From Gracilinanus agilis (Eukaryota), in contig NC_058131.1 in assembly GCF_016433145.1 (NCBI RefSeq), positions 77,073,454 through 77,137,453 on the forward strand: a stretch of 64,000 bases of DNA, written 5' to 3'. The position numbers were made by a program, and so were the translations under genes. This document shows, piece after piece, positions 24,465 to 38,200 of this stretch (positions are counted from its first letter, which is position 1; every line of letters begins with the position of its first letter). The notes under the pieces were generated by a model that saw nothing but the letters and a program-made list of their open reading frames with translations, did not search any database and was not told the origin of the DNA.

Positions 24465-26645
24465 TTTTGCAAATCAAAACAACTCTGAGGTATCACCTCA
24501 CACGTAGCAGGTTGTCTAATATGACAGCAAAGGAAAGTAATAAATGTTGGAGTGGATGTGGCAAAATTGGGACACTAAAGCATTGTTGGTGGAGTTGTAA
24601 ATTAATCCAACCATTCTGGATGGTAATTTGGAACTATGCCCAAAGGCTTTAAAAGATTGTCTGCCCTTTGATTTGGGTTTATACTCCAAAGAGATAATAG
24701 GAAAAAATATGTGTACAAAATATTTATAGCCACGCTATTTGTGGTGGCAAAAAAATTGGAAAATGAGGGAATGTCCTTCAATTGAAGAACGGCTGAACAA
24801 AATGTGGTATCCTTTGGTGATGGAATACTATTGTGCTCAAAGGAATAATGAACTGGAAGAATTCCCTGTGAACTGGAATGACCTGCAGGAATTGATGCAG
24901 AGTGAAAGGAGCAAAACCAGGAGAACATTGTACACAGAGACTGATACACTGTGGTACAATCCAACATAATGACATCTCTACTAGCAGCAGTGCAATGATT
25001 CAGAACAATTCTGAGGGACTTATGAGAAAGAACTCTATTCACATTAAGAGGAAGAACTGTGGGAGTAGAAACACAGAAGAAAAACAACTGCCTGAACACA
25101 TGGATTGATGGGGATATTATTGGGGATGCAGATGCTAAATGATCACCCTAGTGCAACTATCAATAATAAGGAAATAGGTCTTGATCAATGATACATATAA
25201 AACCCAGTGGAATTATGTGTTGGCTACAGTGAGGGAGGGTGGGAGTTTGGGGGAGAGGGAAAGAACATGAATCATGTAACCATGGAAAAATATTTGAAAA
25301 AAAAAGACTGCCTGCCCTTTGATCCAGCCATACCATTGTTGGGTTTATACCCCAAAGAGATAATAGGAAAAAATATGTGTACAAATATATAGCCACATTC
25401 TCTGTGGTGGCAAAAATTGGAAAATGAGGGGATGCCCTTTGATTGGGGAATGGCTGAACAAATTGTGGTATATGCTGGTGATGGAATACTATTGTGCTCA
25501 AAGGAATAATGAACTGGAAGAATTCCCTGTGAACTGGAATGACCTGCAGGAATTGATGCAGAGTGAAAGGAGCAGAACCAGGAGAACCTTAAACACAGAG
25601 ACAGATACACTGTGGTACAATCCAATGTAATGGACTTCTCTACTAGCAGCAATGCAATGATCCAGGACAATTCTGAGGGACTTATGAGAAAGAATACTAT
25701 CCACATCCAGAGAAAGAACTGTGGGAGTAGAAACACAGAAGAAAAACTTTTGCTTGATCATATGGTTTGATGGGGATATGATTGGGGATGCAGATGCTAA
25801 ATGATCACCCTAGTGCAACTATCAATAATAAGGAAATTGGTCTTGATCAATGATATATGTAAAACCCAGTGGAATTGCTCTTTGGCTCGGGGAAGGGGAA
25901 GAGAGAAGGAGAGGGAAAGAACATAAATCATGTAACTATGGAAAATATTCTAAATAAATAAAATTTTAAAAAATAATAATATTATAACCAATTTAAAAGA
26001 ATTCTTTCCCTTTGAACCAGCCATACCACTGCTGGGTTAGTACCTCAAAGAGATAATAGGGAAAATACTTGTACAAAAATATTTATAGTTGAGCTCTTTG
26101 TGATGGTAAAAAATTGGAAAATGAGGGGATGCCCTTTGATTGGGGAATGGCTGAACAAATTGTGGTATCTAGTGGTGATGGAATATTATTGTGCTAAAAG
26201 GAATAATGAACTAGATATATACCTCCTGGATACCTCCAGGAATTGAGGCAGAGTGAAAGAAGCAGAATCAGGAGAACATTGTACACAGAGACTGATACAA
26301 TATGGCACAATAGAATGTAACAGACTTTTCTACTTGCAGCAATGCTGTGGTCCAGGATAATCCAGGGGAATTTAGGAGAAAGAATACTATCCACATCCAG
26401 AGAAAGAACTATGGGAGCAGAAATGCAGAAGAAAAACCTATGATCAATCATGTGGGTTGGTAGGGATATAATTAGGATTCTGATGTTAAAAGATCACTCT
26501 ACTGCAAATATGCATAACATGGAAATAGTTTTGAACAATCATACATGTATAACCCAGTGGAATTGCTTGTCAGCTTTGGGAGTGGGGAGGGAAAAGGGGT
26601 AAGAAAAATCATGAATCATGTAACCATGGAAAATATTCTATAAAA
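24465..26645 (+). mobile_element. Three head-to-tail L1 3' fragments (A ~24465-25297, B ~25298-25975, C ~25995-26645)
   Basis: Repeated ORF2 C-terminus / 3' UTR / poly-A units (ORF-track 24739, 25424 and 26194 fragments). Confidence 0.85.
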
Positions 26646-27379
26646 AATGAATATTATAGTAAAACTCCAGAGCATCCAAATCAAAGTAAAAAAAATCCAG
26701 AAAGAAAGAATACAATGATTGAGGAACCATAGTAAGAATTGTGATTTTTTTTGCCATCTGCTACTATAAAAGAGTAGAGAATTTGGAATACAATATTCCA
26801 GAAGACAAAGGATATAGGCTTACAGTCAAGAATAAGTTACTCAGTAAAAATGAATATAATTCTGTAGAGGAAAAATGTGGATCTTTAATGAAATTCCTGA
26901 GGAAAAGACCAAAGATGTACAGAAACTTAAAATAAATTGAGGAACTACTGAACAAGTTATGGTAGATAAATATGACATGATACTATTGTGTTATAAGATA
27001 TGACGAAAGGAATTGTTTTGGAGAATTCTGAGAAGATTTACATAAACTGAATTAGAGTTAAGCCAATGGAATGAGGAGAAAATTTCACATGACAACCATA
27101 TGATAAAGACAAATAGCTATGAAAAAATTAGGATCTCTGATCATCCTAATGGCCAACCACAACTTCAGAGGACTAATAATGAAATATCCTACCTACCTAA
27201 TCACAGAGAGGTAATGGACTTAGAGTACAGAGTGAGACATATACATTTTTTTTTGGATATGATCAATGGACCAACTTTTGTTATCTATCGAACACCTCAA
27301 ACTTAACTATTTTTTCATTAAAAGAAATTATTTTCTCTTCCTCCCATTCCTCACCTGACAGAACTATGTATGAAAAAAG

Positions 27380-27920
27380 TTCATTACCAAACAAAGAATA
27401 TAGAGGATCACAGGAGATAAAATTAAAAGGATTTTGCACAAAAATATAATAAAGCTACAATTAAAAAGGAGACAATTAACTGGCAAAAAAAAAAACCTTT
27501 GCAGGAAGTTTTTCTGAAAAAGCTTTCATTGCAAGATATTTAAGGAAATGATTAAAATTTTAAGAGCCATTCCCTAACTGACAAATGATAAGGATATAAA
27601 TAGACAAGTTCCTGGGGAAGAAACACAAGCTAACTATAGCCATATTTAAAAATACTCCCAAACACTACTAATTAGAGAAATGTATATAAAGCAATTCTGA
27701 AATTCTATTTCACACAACATACTCAGAAATAAATTTTGTTGCAGTTGTGTGGAAATATGCATGTTGATGCACTATTGGTAGTCTTGTGAATAGCTACAAC
27801 TATTATAGAAAGCAATTTGTTATTGTATACAAAAGTTATTAAACAATATGGATTATTTGACCTATTATACCCCTTATAGGCCTATATTCATAAGAGATAA
27901 AAGAAGAGTTCTTTTATGTA
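27380..27920 (+). mobile_element. Old L1 ORF2 C-terminal fragment
   Basis: ctaattagagaaatg...gcaattctgaaattctatttcacac...gacctattataccccttataggcctata. Confidence 0.55.
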
Positions 27921-28012
27921 TAAAATATTTATAGCACATATTTATGAAAATGTATTAAATATAACACATGGCATATATATGCATATATAAAACAAAAAGA
28001 AATATATATATT

Positions 28013-28950
28013 TTTCATTTAATTAAATAATTTAGATTATTTTTCCATGGTTATGTGATTTATGTTCTTCACCTCCCTTCCTTCACCTCCCTCTTGTAGC
28101 CAACTAGCAATTCCACTGGGTTTTAAATGTGTCATTGATCAAGACCTCTTTTGCATTAGGGTGATTGTTTAGAGTCTATATCCCCAATCATATCCCCATC
28201 AAACCATATATGATCAAGCACTTGTTTTTCTTCTGTGTTTCTACTCCCACAGTTTTTCCTCTGGATGTGGATAGCATTCTTTTTCGTAAGTCCCTCAGAA
28301 TTGTTTTGGATCATTGCATTGCTGCTAGTAGAGAAATCCATTACATTGGATTGTGCCACAGTGTGTCCTTCTCTGTGTAAGGTTCTCCTTGTTCTGCTTT
28401 CGCTCTGCATCAATTCCTTGATGTATCCTGGAGGTATATATCTAGTTCATTATTCCTTTTAGCACAATAGTATTCCATCACCATCAGATATCACAATTTG
28501 TTCAGCCATTCCCCAATTGAAGGCCACCTCTTCATTTCCCAATTTTTTTTTGTCATCACAAAGAGTGAGGCTATAAATATTTTTGTATAAGTCATTTTCC
28601 TTGTTTTCTCTTTGGGGTATAAATCCAATAGTGGTATGGCTGGATCAAAGGGTAGGCAATCTTTTAAAGCCCTTTGGGCATAGTTTGAAATTGGTTGGAT
28701 CAATTCACAACTCCACCAGTAATGCATTAATGCACCTATTTTGCCCATCCCCTCTAACATTTATGACTTTCCTTTGCTGTCATATTGGCCAATCTGCTAG
28801 GTGTGAGGTGGTAGCTTAGAGTTGTTTTGATTTTCATTTCTCTTATTATAAGAGATTTAGAGCACTTTTTCATTTGCTTATTGATAGTTTTGATTTCTTT
28901 ATCTGAAAATTGCCTATTTATGTCTGTTGACCATTTATCAATTGGGGATT
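28013..28950 (-). mobile_element. L1 3' fragment, duplicate of 7620-8585
   Basis: Same 5' junction (ttatcaattgggga|tttaca) and shared diagnostic bases. Confidence 0.9.
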
Positions 28951-31900
28951 TACACAGCATTTTGAGGTTTATGAAATGTTTTATAAACATCATTTCATTT
29001 TATCTTCATAACAACCCCAGGAGGTAAATTATATCATTCCCATTTTACAGATGAGAAACAGAGGCAAACAAATTAGTTAACCTGTCTAAGGTTGTACAAC
29101 TTAGTAAAGGTCCAGAGCCAGATACAAACTTACTTTTTCCCAACTGCAAGTCTAACATACTATCCACTGAACCACCTCTAAGGATTGTTATAATTAGTAA
29201 AAAAAAACATCTTGACTAGTGATGGCCCCTTTTCATTTCAAAAATTTTTTTCAATATTCCCTCAAAAATGATAAGGAAAATAAAAATCTATTTTCAAAAC
29301 TGGAAGTTTAACTATTTGCTACTTATTGCAATGGTGCTGAAGTTTTGTAGAAAAACAGAATGAACTATCTGCTTTATCAAAATGTGACTGGGAAGATAAG
29401 ACATAAGATTTGTCAAACTGACACTTAGGTTCCTAGAGTCTTATGTCATCAAATGTCATTGTCTGGCGAAACTCCTTTGGTTGGAGATTGGTCTATTTCT
29501 TTACAGAATTTGATTCCTTTTCTCTTCCTTAAGTCTGAAGAACACTGCTGAATTAATGTGTGTCAATGACAAAAATGAAAGAGCAACATTAATTAACACG
29601 AATTCTGGGAACCTGCGTTACTGTCAAGAGCTGAGGTCATGGGGTCCCAATCATTAGCAGAGAAAACTCAGTAAAAATCTCTCAGTAGTAATAATATTAA
29701 ACCTCACTGAAGTTTAGCTGCATGGAACCCAAAAGACTCTACCTCCAGCCACTAATTCTCTTTGCTCTTCACATCTTCAGGCTCCTACATTATAAATTTC
29801 TTTTCTATAAAAGCAAGCTTAAATGATTAAGATTCCTCAGTTTGGGAGATTTAGATGGGAAAGATACGAGTCTGTTAAATCTCAAAAAAAGAGGAAGATG
29901 GATATGTTCATTGAATGATGTAATACTAGAATGAATACTAGAATGAACTCTCCCTCTTCACCCAGCTCTTTCACCTGCATCTTAAAGTTCAAAAGATGTG
30001 AGTTAAGAAAATATAGATCTTTCTAAATAATTTAAGATTTCGGTAGCAACATTCAAACAGCTTCTTATCTTTGTTATGTCATAAATTCTCTGGCACTGTT
30101 TCCTCATCTAGAAAATGGAGGTGAGGTGTGAATGGGTAGTTTTCAGATAAAGGTATCAAAGCCATTTGTAGGTATATGAAAAAATGCTCTAAGTCACTAG
30201 TGATTGGAGAAATGCAAACCAAAATAATTCTGAGGTATCACCTCATACCCATCATATTGCCTAAAATGACAAAAGGGGGACAAATATTAGAAGAATGTAA
30301 AAAGTATGGACATTAATATACTGTTGGTAGAACTGTGAACTGATTCAACCATTTTGAAGTGCAATTTAGAATTATATCCACAGTTTTAAACTCAGTATAC
30401 CCAAAGACCCAGCAATACCATTTCTCTATGGTGGTAAAGAGCTGGAAGTCAAGGGAATATCTATCAAATGGAAAATGACTAAACGAATTGTGCTTTATAT
30501 TTATGATGGAGTACTACTGTGCCATAAAAATTATAAGTATATTATTTTTTTAAAACTTGGAAAGAACTACATGAGATAATAAAGAGTGAAATGAGAGGTA
30601 CCAAGAGAATAATATATTCAGCTACAGATTTAATATTTGAAGAATAACTCATGAATGTTTTCCTCCAAAGTGAACTGAAAAATGGAAACAAGAAATACAT
30701 AATATATATGTATACACATACATATATATATCTTTGCTAGATGATGATTTCTATAGTGTAGGAGGGAGAAAGGAGTTGAGATACCCAGAAATGAATTCTA
30801 TTAATAAAAGTAATCATACACATATATATATACATACCCATATATATTAATATTTTATAAGAAAAAAGTAAAGATTTAAACCAATCATTCATAGCTCAAA
30901 AATAATTAATTTTATGATTTTGAACCATAAAATCATTCACAGTGTAAGTTTTCTGGTTTCCTTCCAAGTTTAACCTACACTTAAGTATCAGCTCCTTCTG
31001 CAATATCTCCAACAAATCACCATTCAGCCTCAGCCTGAAAACCTGCAGTAGGAAGAACTTACTGCCTTCTGAGGCAGCATTATCTTACTTTTGTCAGATA
31101 TAATTCTTAGAAAGTTTCTTCTCAGCTAAAATCTTGCCTCTATGTAAATTTTGCTCATTGCTTTGAGTATTGTCCTCTGAGGTTAAGCCAGATGAGTCCT
31201 TCACTGTAGACCTTCAGATCATTGAAGACAGATACAACATTGGTTGAAAAATTTTCAAGTACATTAAATATGGATTATGCAATTGTTTTTACTGATCCTC
31301 GTCTCCTACCACTTTGATTTCCTTTAATAGTTTTATCCTTCTCCTCTGGACAGAGTCTAACTTCTCAATAACCTTCCTAGAATGTTGCTATCAGAACCAG
31401 GTACTAATGATGCATTGTATTCTGCTCAAGGTAAAGTGTGCTGAATATATTGCTTTCTTTTTTAAACCTTTATTTTCCATTTTGGGATCAATATTGGTTC
31501 CAAGACAGAAGAGTGGTAAGGGCTAGCCAATTAGGATTAAGGTCTTACCCAGGGTCACACAGCTAGAAAGTAGCTAAGACAAGATTTGATTGCAGGACCT
31601 CCAATCTCCAGGCCTCGCCTCCAATCCACCAATCCACATAGCTGCCCTGAACATATTTCATCTCAAAATGAATCCCAAGATGGAACTGGTTTTCTTGACT
31701 ATTCCTACACTACCTGATACATTTCAAATGAATTACTGTGTAAACACATATTCTACCTATTGTTCTTGTACCATTGATTTTAAGTTATTTTTTTAAATTT
31801 TTAAATGTATTTTCTTTTTTCATTACAAACATTTAAGAATTACTGCTACTTCTTGAGAAATTTTTTGTACCCAAATAAAACATATAATTAAAATTAATAA

Positions 31901-34332
31901 TACAGTTAATTCAACTAAAAGTGCACATGGCATTTTATATCTGAAGCATCCTACCAGCTCTCAATTTAAACATTTTAAAAAATTTATTCTCTACTACTCC
32001 CAGCCCTACTACATTGGAAAAAAAGAAAAATGAATTTATTATAATAAACGTACCTAGTCAAACAAAAAAATCCTTCAGTGGTTAATCTGTCATCTCTCTG
32101 TAAAGGATAGCATGTTTCATCATCATGATCAGTCCTATGGAATGATGAATGGACATTGTATTAATCCTAGTTCTTAAAAATTTCAAAGTTTTTTGTTTTA
32201 TAGTGTTATTGCATAAATTGTTCTCCTGATCCTTCTTTTTTTCTAGGTATTAGTTTATAAAAGTCCTCAAAATTGCACATATATTAATAGGAGTACAAAT
32301 TGTCCTTCTAACTCTGCTGACTTCATTCTTTCTTTTGTAATGGAAAAAGAAGAACCAGAAGGCAAAGAAACATTGAGGAATTGCAGAATCATTTGTGATC
32401 TATTCATGTAATGTTGAACTACTATGCTGTAGGAAATGAGGAAACTGATGATTTCAAAAGTCTATACAAATTTATATGAACTGATGCTATTGATTTTTTT
32501 AAATGCAAGAGCTAGACTTCAAAATTTCTCCCTATTGTAATTAGTTTTTGCAAGAAGCCATCTTGGACAAACAGTTGCTAGTTGACAGTTCAGAGTTTAG
32601 AATTTCCAGATCTGGCATGAGCTGGCATGAGACTGGAAAAGACTGTTGGAGCAACCCCTATAAATAGTAGATCAACCTTAAATGAAGGAACTCAGTATTG
32701 AGTGATTGGTAGGTGGATAGGGTGGTAGGAAATCTCTCCAGCCAATCTAAAAGCTGTACCATAAACTTGCAACAGTTGGTCCTATTTAGGGGCAGTTGCT
32801 CGGACCTGATAGTCTCATAGTTTGCTATCAACTATTATTTACCATCATCAATCAAATCATTTATCAATAACATAAAGAAACCATCCCTGAAGATCAAGGA
32901 TCATCTATAACCAGCCAAGTTCAAGTCTGTCATTTCTCACTGAAAGCTTGACCTAGGTCCCCAAGTCAACAACTGTATCAAGATTCCATTTGAGGCTTCC
33001 CCTCTGGGGAAGGCCAAAAGGCTTACCAACTAGTTTAGATCAATTAGTTCCATTTATCCTCAACCCTTTTTTCTAACTCAACTTCCCTCAGTCCTTTACC
33101 ATCTTTAAGTTATTCCAGTTAAAGTTATTTAAAGTAGTTTACCTTAATATTCAAGATATGTCTACTAGTTTATTACTCCTGCTAGAAGAAGAATCTCACT
33201 GAGTGGCTTGTCAGTTTAACTGGTACTCTGATAGAGTCAGTTTTCATAGGCAGATATCAACTCCTGCCCGTGACGAATCTCAAAGCTTCCAAAACCATCT
33301 ACACAATTACAGTCAATTGTACTAAGAAGGTACTGAGTTATTTAATATCAAGGATTTAGTTAGCTGATCCTGTCAGTTGAGAATCTAAGTGCCCACCTTA
33401 CTGGCCTGTTGTAAAGAGGGACGCTGTCCAGCTGCTAATTTGCCAGAATAGCCTGTGCATATTTCCCCATCCTTACACTACTAAATGTGTTCTTTCTTGT
33501 GAAAAAGAACCCAAGGTTTTATTGTACTATACATTCAATATGAGTCAATAGTGTGATATAAAAGCCCCCAAAACTAATGATAGCTTAGGATGAATTAAAG
33601 GGGAAGGAGGTGCACTGCAAGAGATTGAATAGTTGTAGTTTACCTCTGACTCAGTCAGACCATTTCTGGAATATTGCTTTCTACTTTGGACACCATATTT
33701 AATAAATAAAAAAGATACATGTTGAGGCATTGCAAAGAGGTTGAATAAGAATAGTGAGATGAGAGTTGAAGGAATTATGTGGAATTGGGTGTTGAAGAGA
33801 AGAGATAGAAGGATAAGAAGGGCATCATCATGGTCTTCAGGAATTGGAAGGCACAAAGGGATTAGACCTGATATTCTTGGACCCTACAAAACAACAGGGA
33901 GAAGTTTTAAAGAAGCCAATTAAGATTTGACATCAGATTGAAGGTGGGAATGTTGTTAAGAGGATATTTGGTCAAGTATAGTTTAGGTTATAAGTACTCA
34001 GATGTCTTTTCTAGTTCTTAGATTCTGTGGGTCAGTGAAGAAGGCTCTAATTCTAATTTTTGACTTAGTTTGGGATGTTTGTTATGTCATCTCAAGTAAC
34101 TCTTCTAGTGTCATGCCCTCTTGTAAGTTTGATCATCGTGGCATTTGTGACAATTCAAGTCACTGTTAAAAACGTTGAGTAGCACAGAGCTAAAGACAAA
34201 GCCCTGGGGCATTTCCTTAGAGACTTGTCTTCAGGTTTTCTTTAACTCATTAAAAATGAATACTTTTCTAAGCAGACCAAGGCTAAAGTTGAAAAGAAGA
34301 GTCTGAGAGGATCAGGATAGAGAACCAATGGG

Positions 34333-35280
34333 TCAACATATCTGAGAGGCAAATATCTTGCCTCTGAAGAGACTCCTCAGGGCCACCTTCATGTCTTGAT
34401 TTCTCAGGCTATAAATGAAAGGGTTTAGCATTGGAGTTACTACTGTGTATACCATGGAGGTCACAATGTCTTTGGTGGGGAAAGTAGATGAAGGGCAGAG
34501 ATACACACTGAAGAGCGTACCATAAAACGTACAGACCACAGAGAGGTGAGAGCTACAAGTAGAGAAAGCTTTGCTCCTGCCACCCCCTGAGGATGGCATT
34601 CTGAGAATGGTGTAGACAATGCAGATATAAGAGACCAGAGTGCATAGGAAAGGAACTGTCATAATTGGACCACCTACAACAAAAACCATTAACTCATTAA
34701 TATGAGTGTCAGAGCAAGATACTTTCAACAGGGGACTGATGTCACAAAAAAAGTGGGATATTTCCCCAAGCACACAGAAGGACAATTTTGCCATGAGTAA
34801 AGTGTGCAAGAGAGCATGGAGATTAGTGATCACCCAGCACACGCTCACCAGAACGACACACACCCGTGGGCTCATGGCCGTGCCATAATGGAGTGGGTGA
34901 CAGATGGCCATGTAGCGATCATATGCCATCACCGCAAGCAGGAAACTGTCCATATCCCCAAAGGAAAGAAAGAAATAGAGTTGTGTCAGGCACCCTGTGT
35001 AGGAGATGGTGTGATGCTGTGTATAAAGGTTGAATAACATCTTCAAGACTGTGCTGGAAGATAGACCAATGTCAGCAAAGGAGAGACTGGCCAGGAAGAA
35101 ATACATGGGGGTGTGCAGGCGGGCTTCGGAGACAATGGCCAGGAAGATGAGTATATTCCCTGCCATGGTGACCAGGTACATGGACAGAAACAATCCAAAG
35201 AAGAGATGTTGGTGTTCTGGCCACTGGGAGAGCCCCCGGAGAAGAAACTCGGAGACGCTGGTCTGGTTTCCATGTCCCAT
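34333..35280 (-). CDS. Olfactory receptor, OR1N-like, intact 315 aa, identical to 13688-14635
   Basis: Identical translation in the ORF track; no nucleotide difference seen by eye. Confidence 0.93.
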   Translation of the reverse strand: MGHGNQTSVSEFLLRGLSQWPEHQHLFFGLFLSMYLVTMAGNILIFLAIVSEARLHTPMYFFLASLSFADIGLSSSTVLKMLFNLYTQHHTISYTGCLTQLYFFLSFGDMDSFLLAVMAYDRYMAICHPLHYGTAMSPRVCVVLVSVCWVITNLHALLHTLLMAKLSFCVLGEISHFFCDISPLLKVSCSDTHINELMVFVVGGPIMTVPFLCTLVSYICIVYTILRMPSSGGGRSKAFSTCSSHLSVVCTFYGTLFSVYLCPSSTFPTKDIVTSMVYTVVTPMLNPFIYSLRNQDMKVALRSLFRGKIFASQIC

Positions 35281-38200
35281 GTCACTGACATGTTAAAGCA
35301 TCACAAAATGAAAGACCTAAAGAAAATAAATGAGCATGCTTTAAATATCTCACAGAGTGGAGTGGAGATAACTAGACTCAGAATCAATACACCTGCATGC
35401 CTTTCATTCCATCCTCTAAGCTTATTTGGGTGACCTTTCCTCTCTTCTTTTCATCTTTAATCTCTACTCAAATACTATCTATTTTTTCTATACATATACT
35501 CATAATTCCTTTACCCTTAAAATGTTTTTGCTGCCACTTTTCTCAAGCCAAGAGTCTATCTTTCTATTCCCCTTCATTGCTAACCTCCTTTTAAAAAAGC
35601 AGCATAGACTCAGGATTTACATTCATTTCTCTCTCCCATCCCTTAATAAAATATCTAGATTCCTCTGCAAGAAATACTATACTAAAGTCTGGATATCAAC
35701 AGGATTTTCTTAATGGTCTGTTTTTGCATATATACATCTCTAATTCTCAGAGGACAAGAGGAGAGAGTATTGTAAGAATATAAATAACTTTACTATGATT
35801 TTACAAAAGAAGAGAACAAGGATGCCCCAAAGTATCATTGCAATGGAGTACAAGGATAGGAGGCTTGGTGCAGAACAAGGCTGAGTCTCTTGCTGGAGAG
35901 AACAACAAGTTTGGAGTCAGGAAAATCTGAAACACTCTCTCAGTGACTCTCAGCTAGTGACTTGACCTGTATCTGCCTTATTTTCCTCAATTGTAAAATG
36001 AGGATATTTATAGAAGCTACTTTCTAGAGTTATTGTGATGATTAAATGTGATCATACTTGCACTTAGCACAGTGTTTAGAATATAGTTATAGTTAATAAA
36101 TACTTGTTTCCTTTATTTCTGCCTTTTTCTCCCTTAGAGCCCTTTCTGAAGAGGAAAAGCCCTACTGGCCTTCAGATATGCTTTAATCAGTGATAAAATC
36201 TTAACAGGAGGGGCAGCCATGTGGTTCAGTGGATAGGATGTTAGGTCTGGAAATGAGAGGCTCTGCATTGAAATGTGAACTCAAGGCACTTCTTAATTTT
36301 GTGACTTTAGGCAAGTCACTTAACTTTAACTGTCTAGCCCTTACCACATTTCTGTCTTACAAGTGATACTCAGACAGATAGTAAGACAGTTGGTTAGGAT
36401 GATATTGTTTTTTTTTTAAACTTAGCATGTAGGGAATTGAGGAAAAAATTTAAAAATCAAACATAAAATGAGGATACAGTTTAGTTATGACTTTTCTGGA
36501 GTCTATTTTCTTGGAGAGTTCCATGGAACACCCTCAGTTTAAACAATTTTCTCAGTGTGACACAGCTAGTATGTGTCAAAGGCATGCCCCTTTTTAATAA
36601 TAGAAATAATAATAATTAAGAACAAGAAGAACCAACATTTATATAAGCCTTACAAAAGCTCAAGCACTGTGCTAAGTACTTTAAAACATGATTTCAGCTA
36701 TTTCTTAAAATAGCTCTTTAAGGTATATACTATTGTTATTGCTATCTTATTTGTTAATTAATAATTAAATTAATAATATGTGTATAATTTTGGAATCCAA
36801 CCTCCTCACAGGTTGTGTGTGTGTCTGTGTGTGTATGTGTGTGTGTAGTAGGTTTGTGTGTATACTTGAATATTTTAGAGTTTGTAAAGAGAAACAGAAT
36901 CAGAGAAGGCAGAGAGCCTGTCTTGGGGATATCCTATCCTAGAGTTATGAAACCCTTGTTTTCTTGTCCTGCCTCAGTCACATACTGTCAGTGTGACTTG
37001 AAACATCACCCTTTACCTGACAGTGCCCCAGGTCACATGCTAAGACTATCGACTGTGGAGTACTTGCACATCTGCAATGGTAGAGGATGTCTCTTACCCA
37101 GAGTTCCCTACATGTATAAAATCACAGGTCTTGACAAAAAAAAAGTTTTGTAAAGCACCTTGTAGTCATTATCTATCTGCCCTGATCTTCACAATAAACC
37201 AGTGTGGGTAGATACCTTGGGAATTATTTTGCTCCTTTTACAAATGAAAAGAATTGAGTGAAATAGATGATTTCCTCATGGTTGCAGAAGAAGTGAATAT
37301 CAGTAGAGGGGAATCATACCGAAGTCTCCACTGAAGCCAAGCCCCCAACTCTTTCCACCAGTCTCTGGTCTACCTCTAAGCCCTTGTTCAGTCTAGTTGC
37401 TCTGTTTGTAGTGCTCTCTTCCTTCTCTCTGGGTATCCTCAGCCATCCTTCAAAGTGCAGCTCCCATTCTATCTTCTCCCAGAAGCCTTTCTTAGAAGCC
37501 CCCACTTACCTTCATCTCTGAGTACTGAGCATCTGTTGTTTGTGACACAATATTGGTGCTTACTTTCTATGGCCTTGATGGTTGGCTGCTAAAGTAATAT
37601 GTTCTGGAGTTGGAGTCAAGGGGAACTGACTTTCCTGGAATCCTGTCTTAGACATTCTTCAGACTAGTTCCTTACCTCAAACCCCAGTTGTCTGAATCAA
37701 GGGGAAGTATACTGGTTGTTCTGCCCAAGGTGGGCCAATTAAGAGTTAATGGAAATCTAACAATGGGGAGATCTCTCTCATTTGGTGACTATACTCTTTC
37801 CAACAGCTTCACATATCATTCCTAAGTCTCTGTTTCTAGTCCTGACTACTTTCCTGTACTCCTGAAAACTGGGCATCTGAGCTCAAATTTAAACTCAGGA
37901 CCTCTTGCTTGTTTCCAGGCCCAGGACACTATCCACTGAGCCACCTAGCTGCCCTTCATGTTAAGGTTTTATCATTGATTAAAATGTATATGATGGCTAC
38001 TAGGGCTTCCCTTCTTCAGAAAGGACACTAGTGATAAAAAGAAGGAAGTAAAGGAAGCAAGTATTTATTAAGTATATATATTCTAATATATTCTATATTC
38101 TAATATATATTATGTAGTGATAATAATATGTTCTAATATATATATATATATTCTAAACACTCCTGACTTCCCTAGATTTTCTAGTCACCATGTACAAAAA

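Larger units (their letters stand above)
23400..26940 (+). mobile_element. Old L1 ORF1 remnant split by a nest of four younger L1 3' fragments
   Basis: Host frame ...PQMKILKNSIT (24422 ORF) resumes at aaaactccagagcatccaaatc (~26660). Confidence 0.65.
7613..28012 (+). repeat. Copy 1 of a ~20.5 kb head-to-tail tandem segmental duplication (copy 2 at 28013-~49445)
   Basis: 7613-19897 aligns colinearly with 28013-40329 (same L1 truncation junction, same SINE, CR1 and OR content); 27891-28010 aligns with 49307-49440. Confidence 0.85.
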
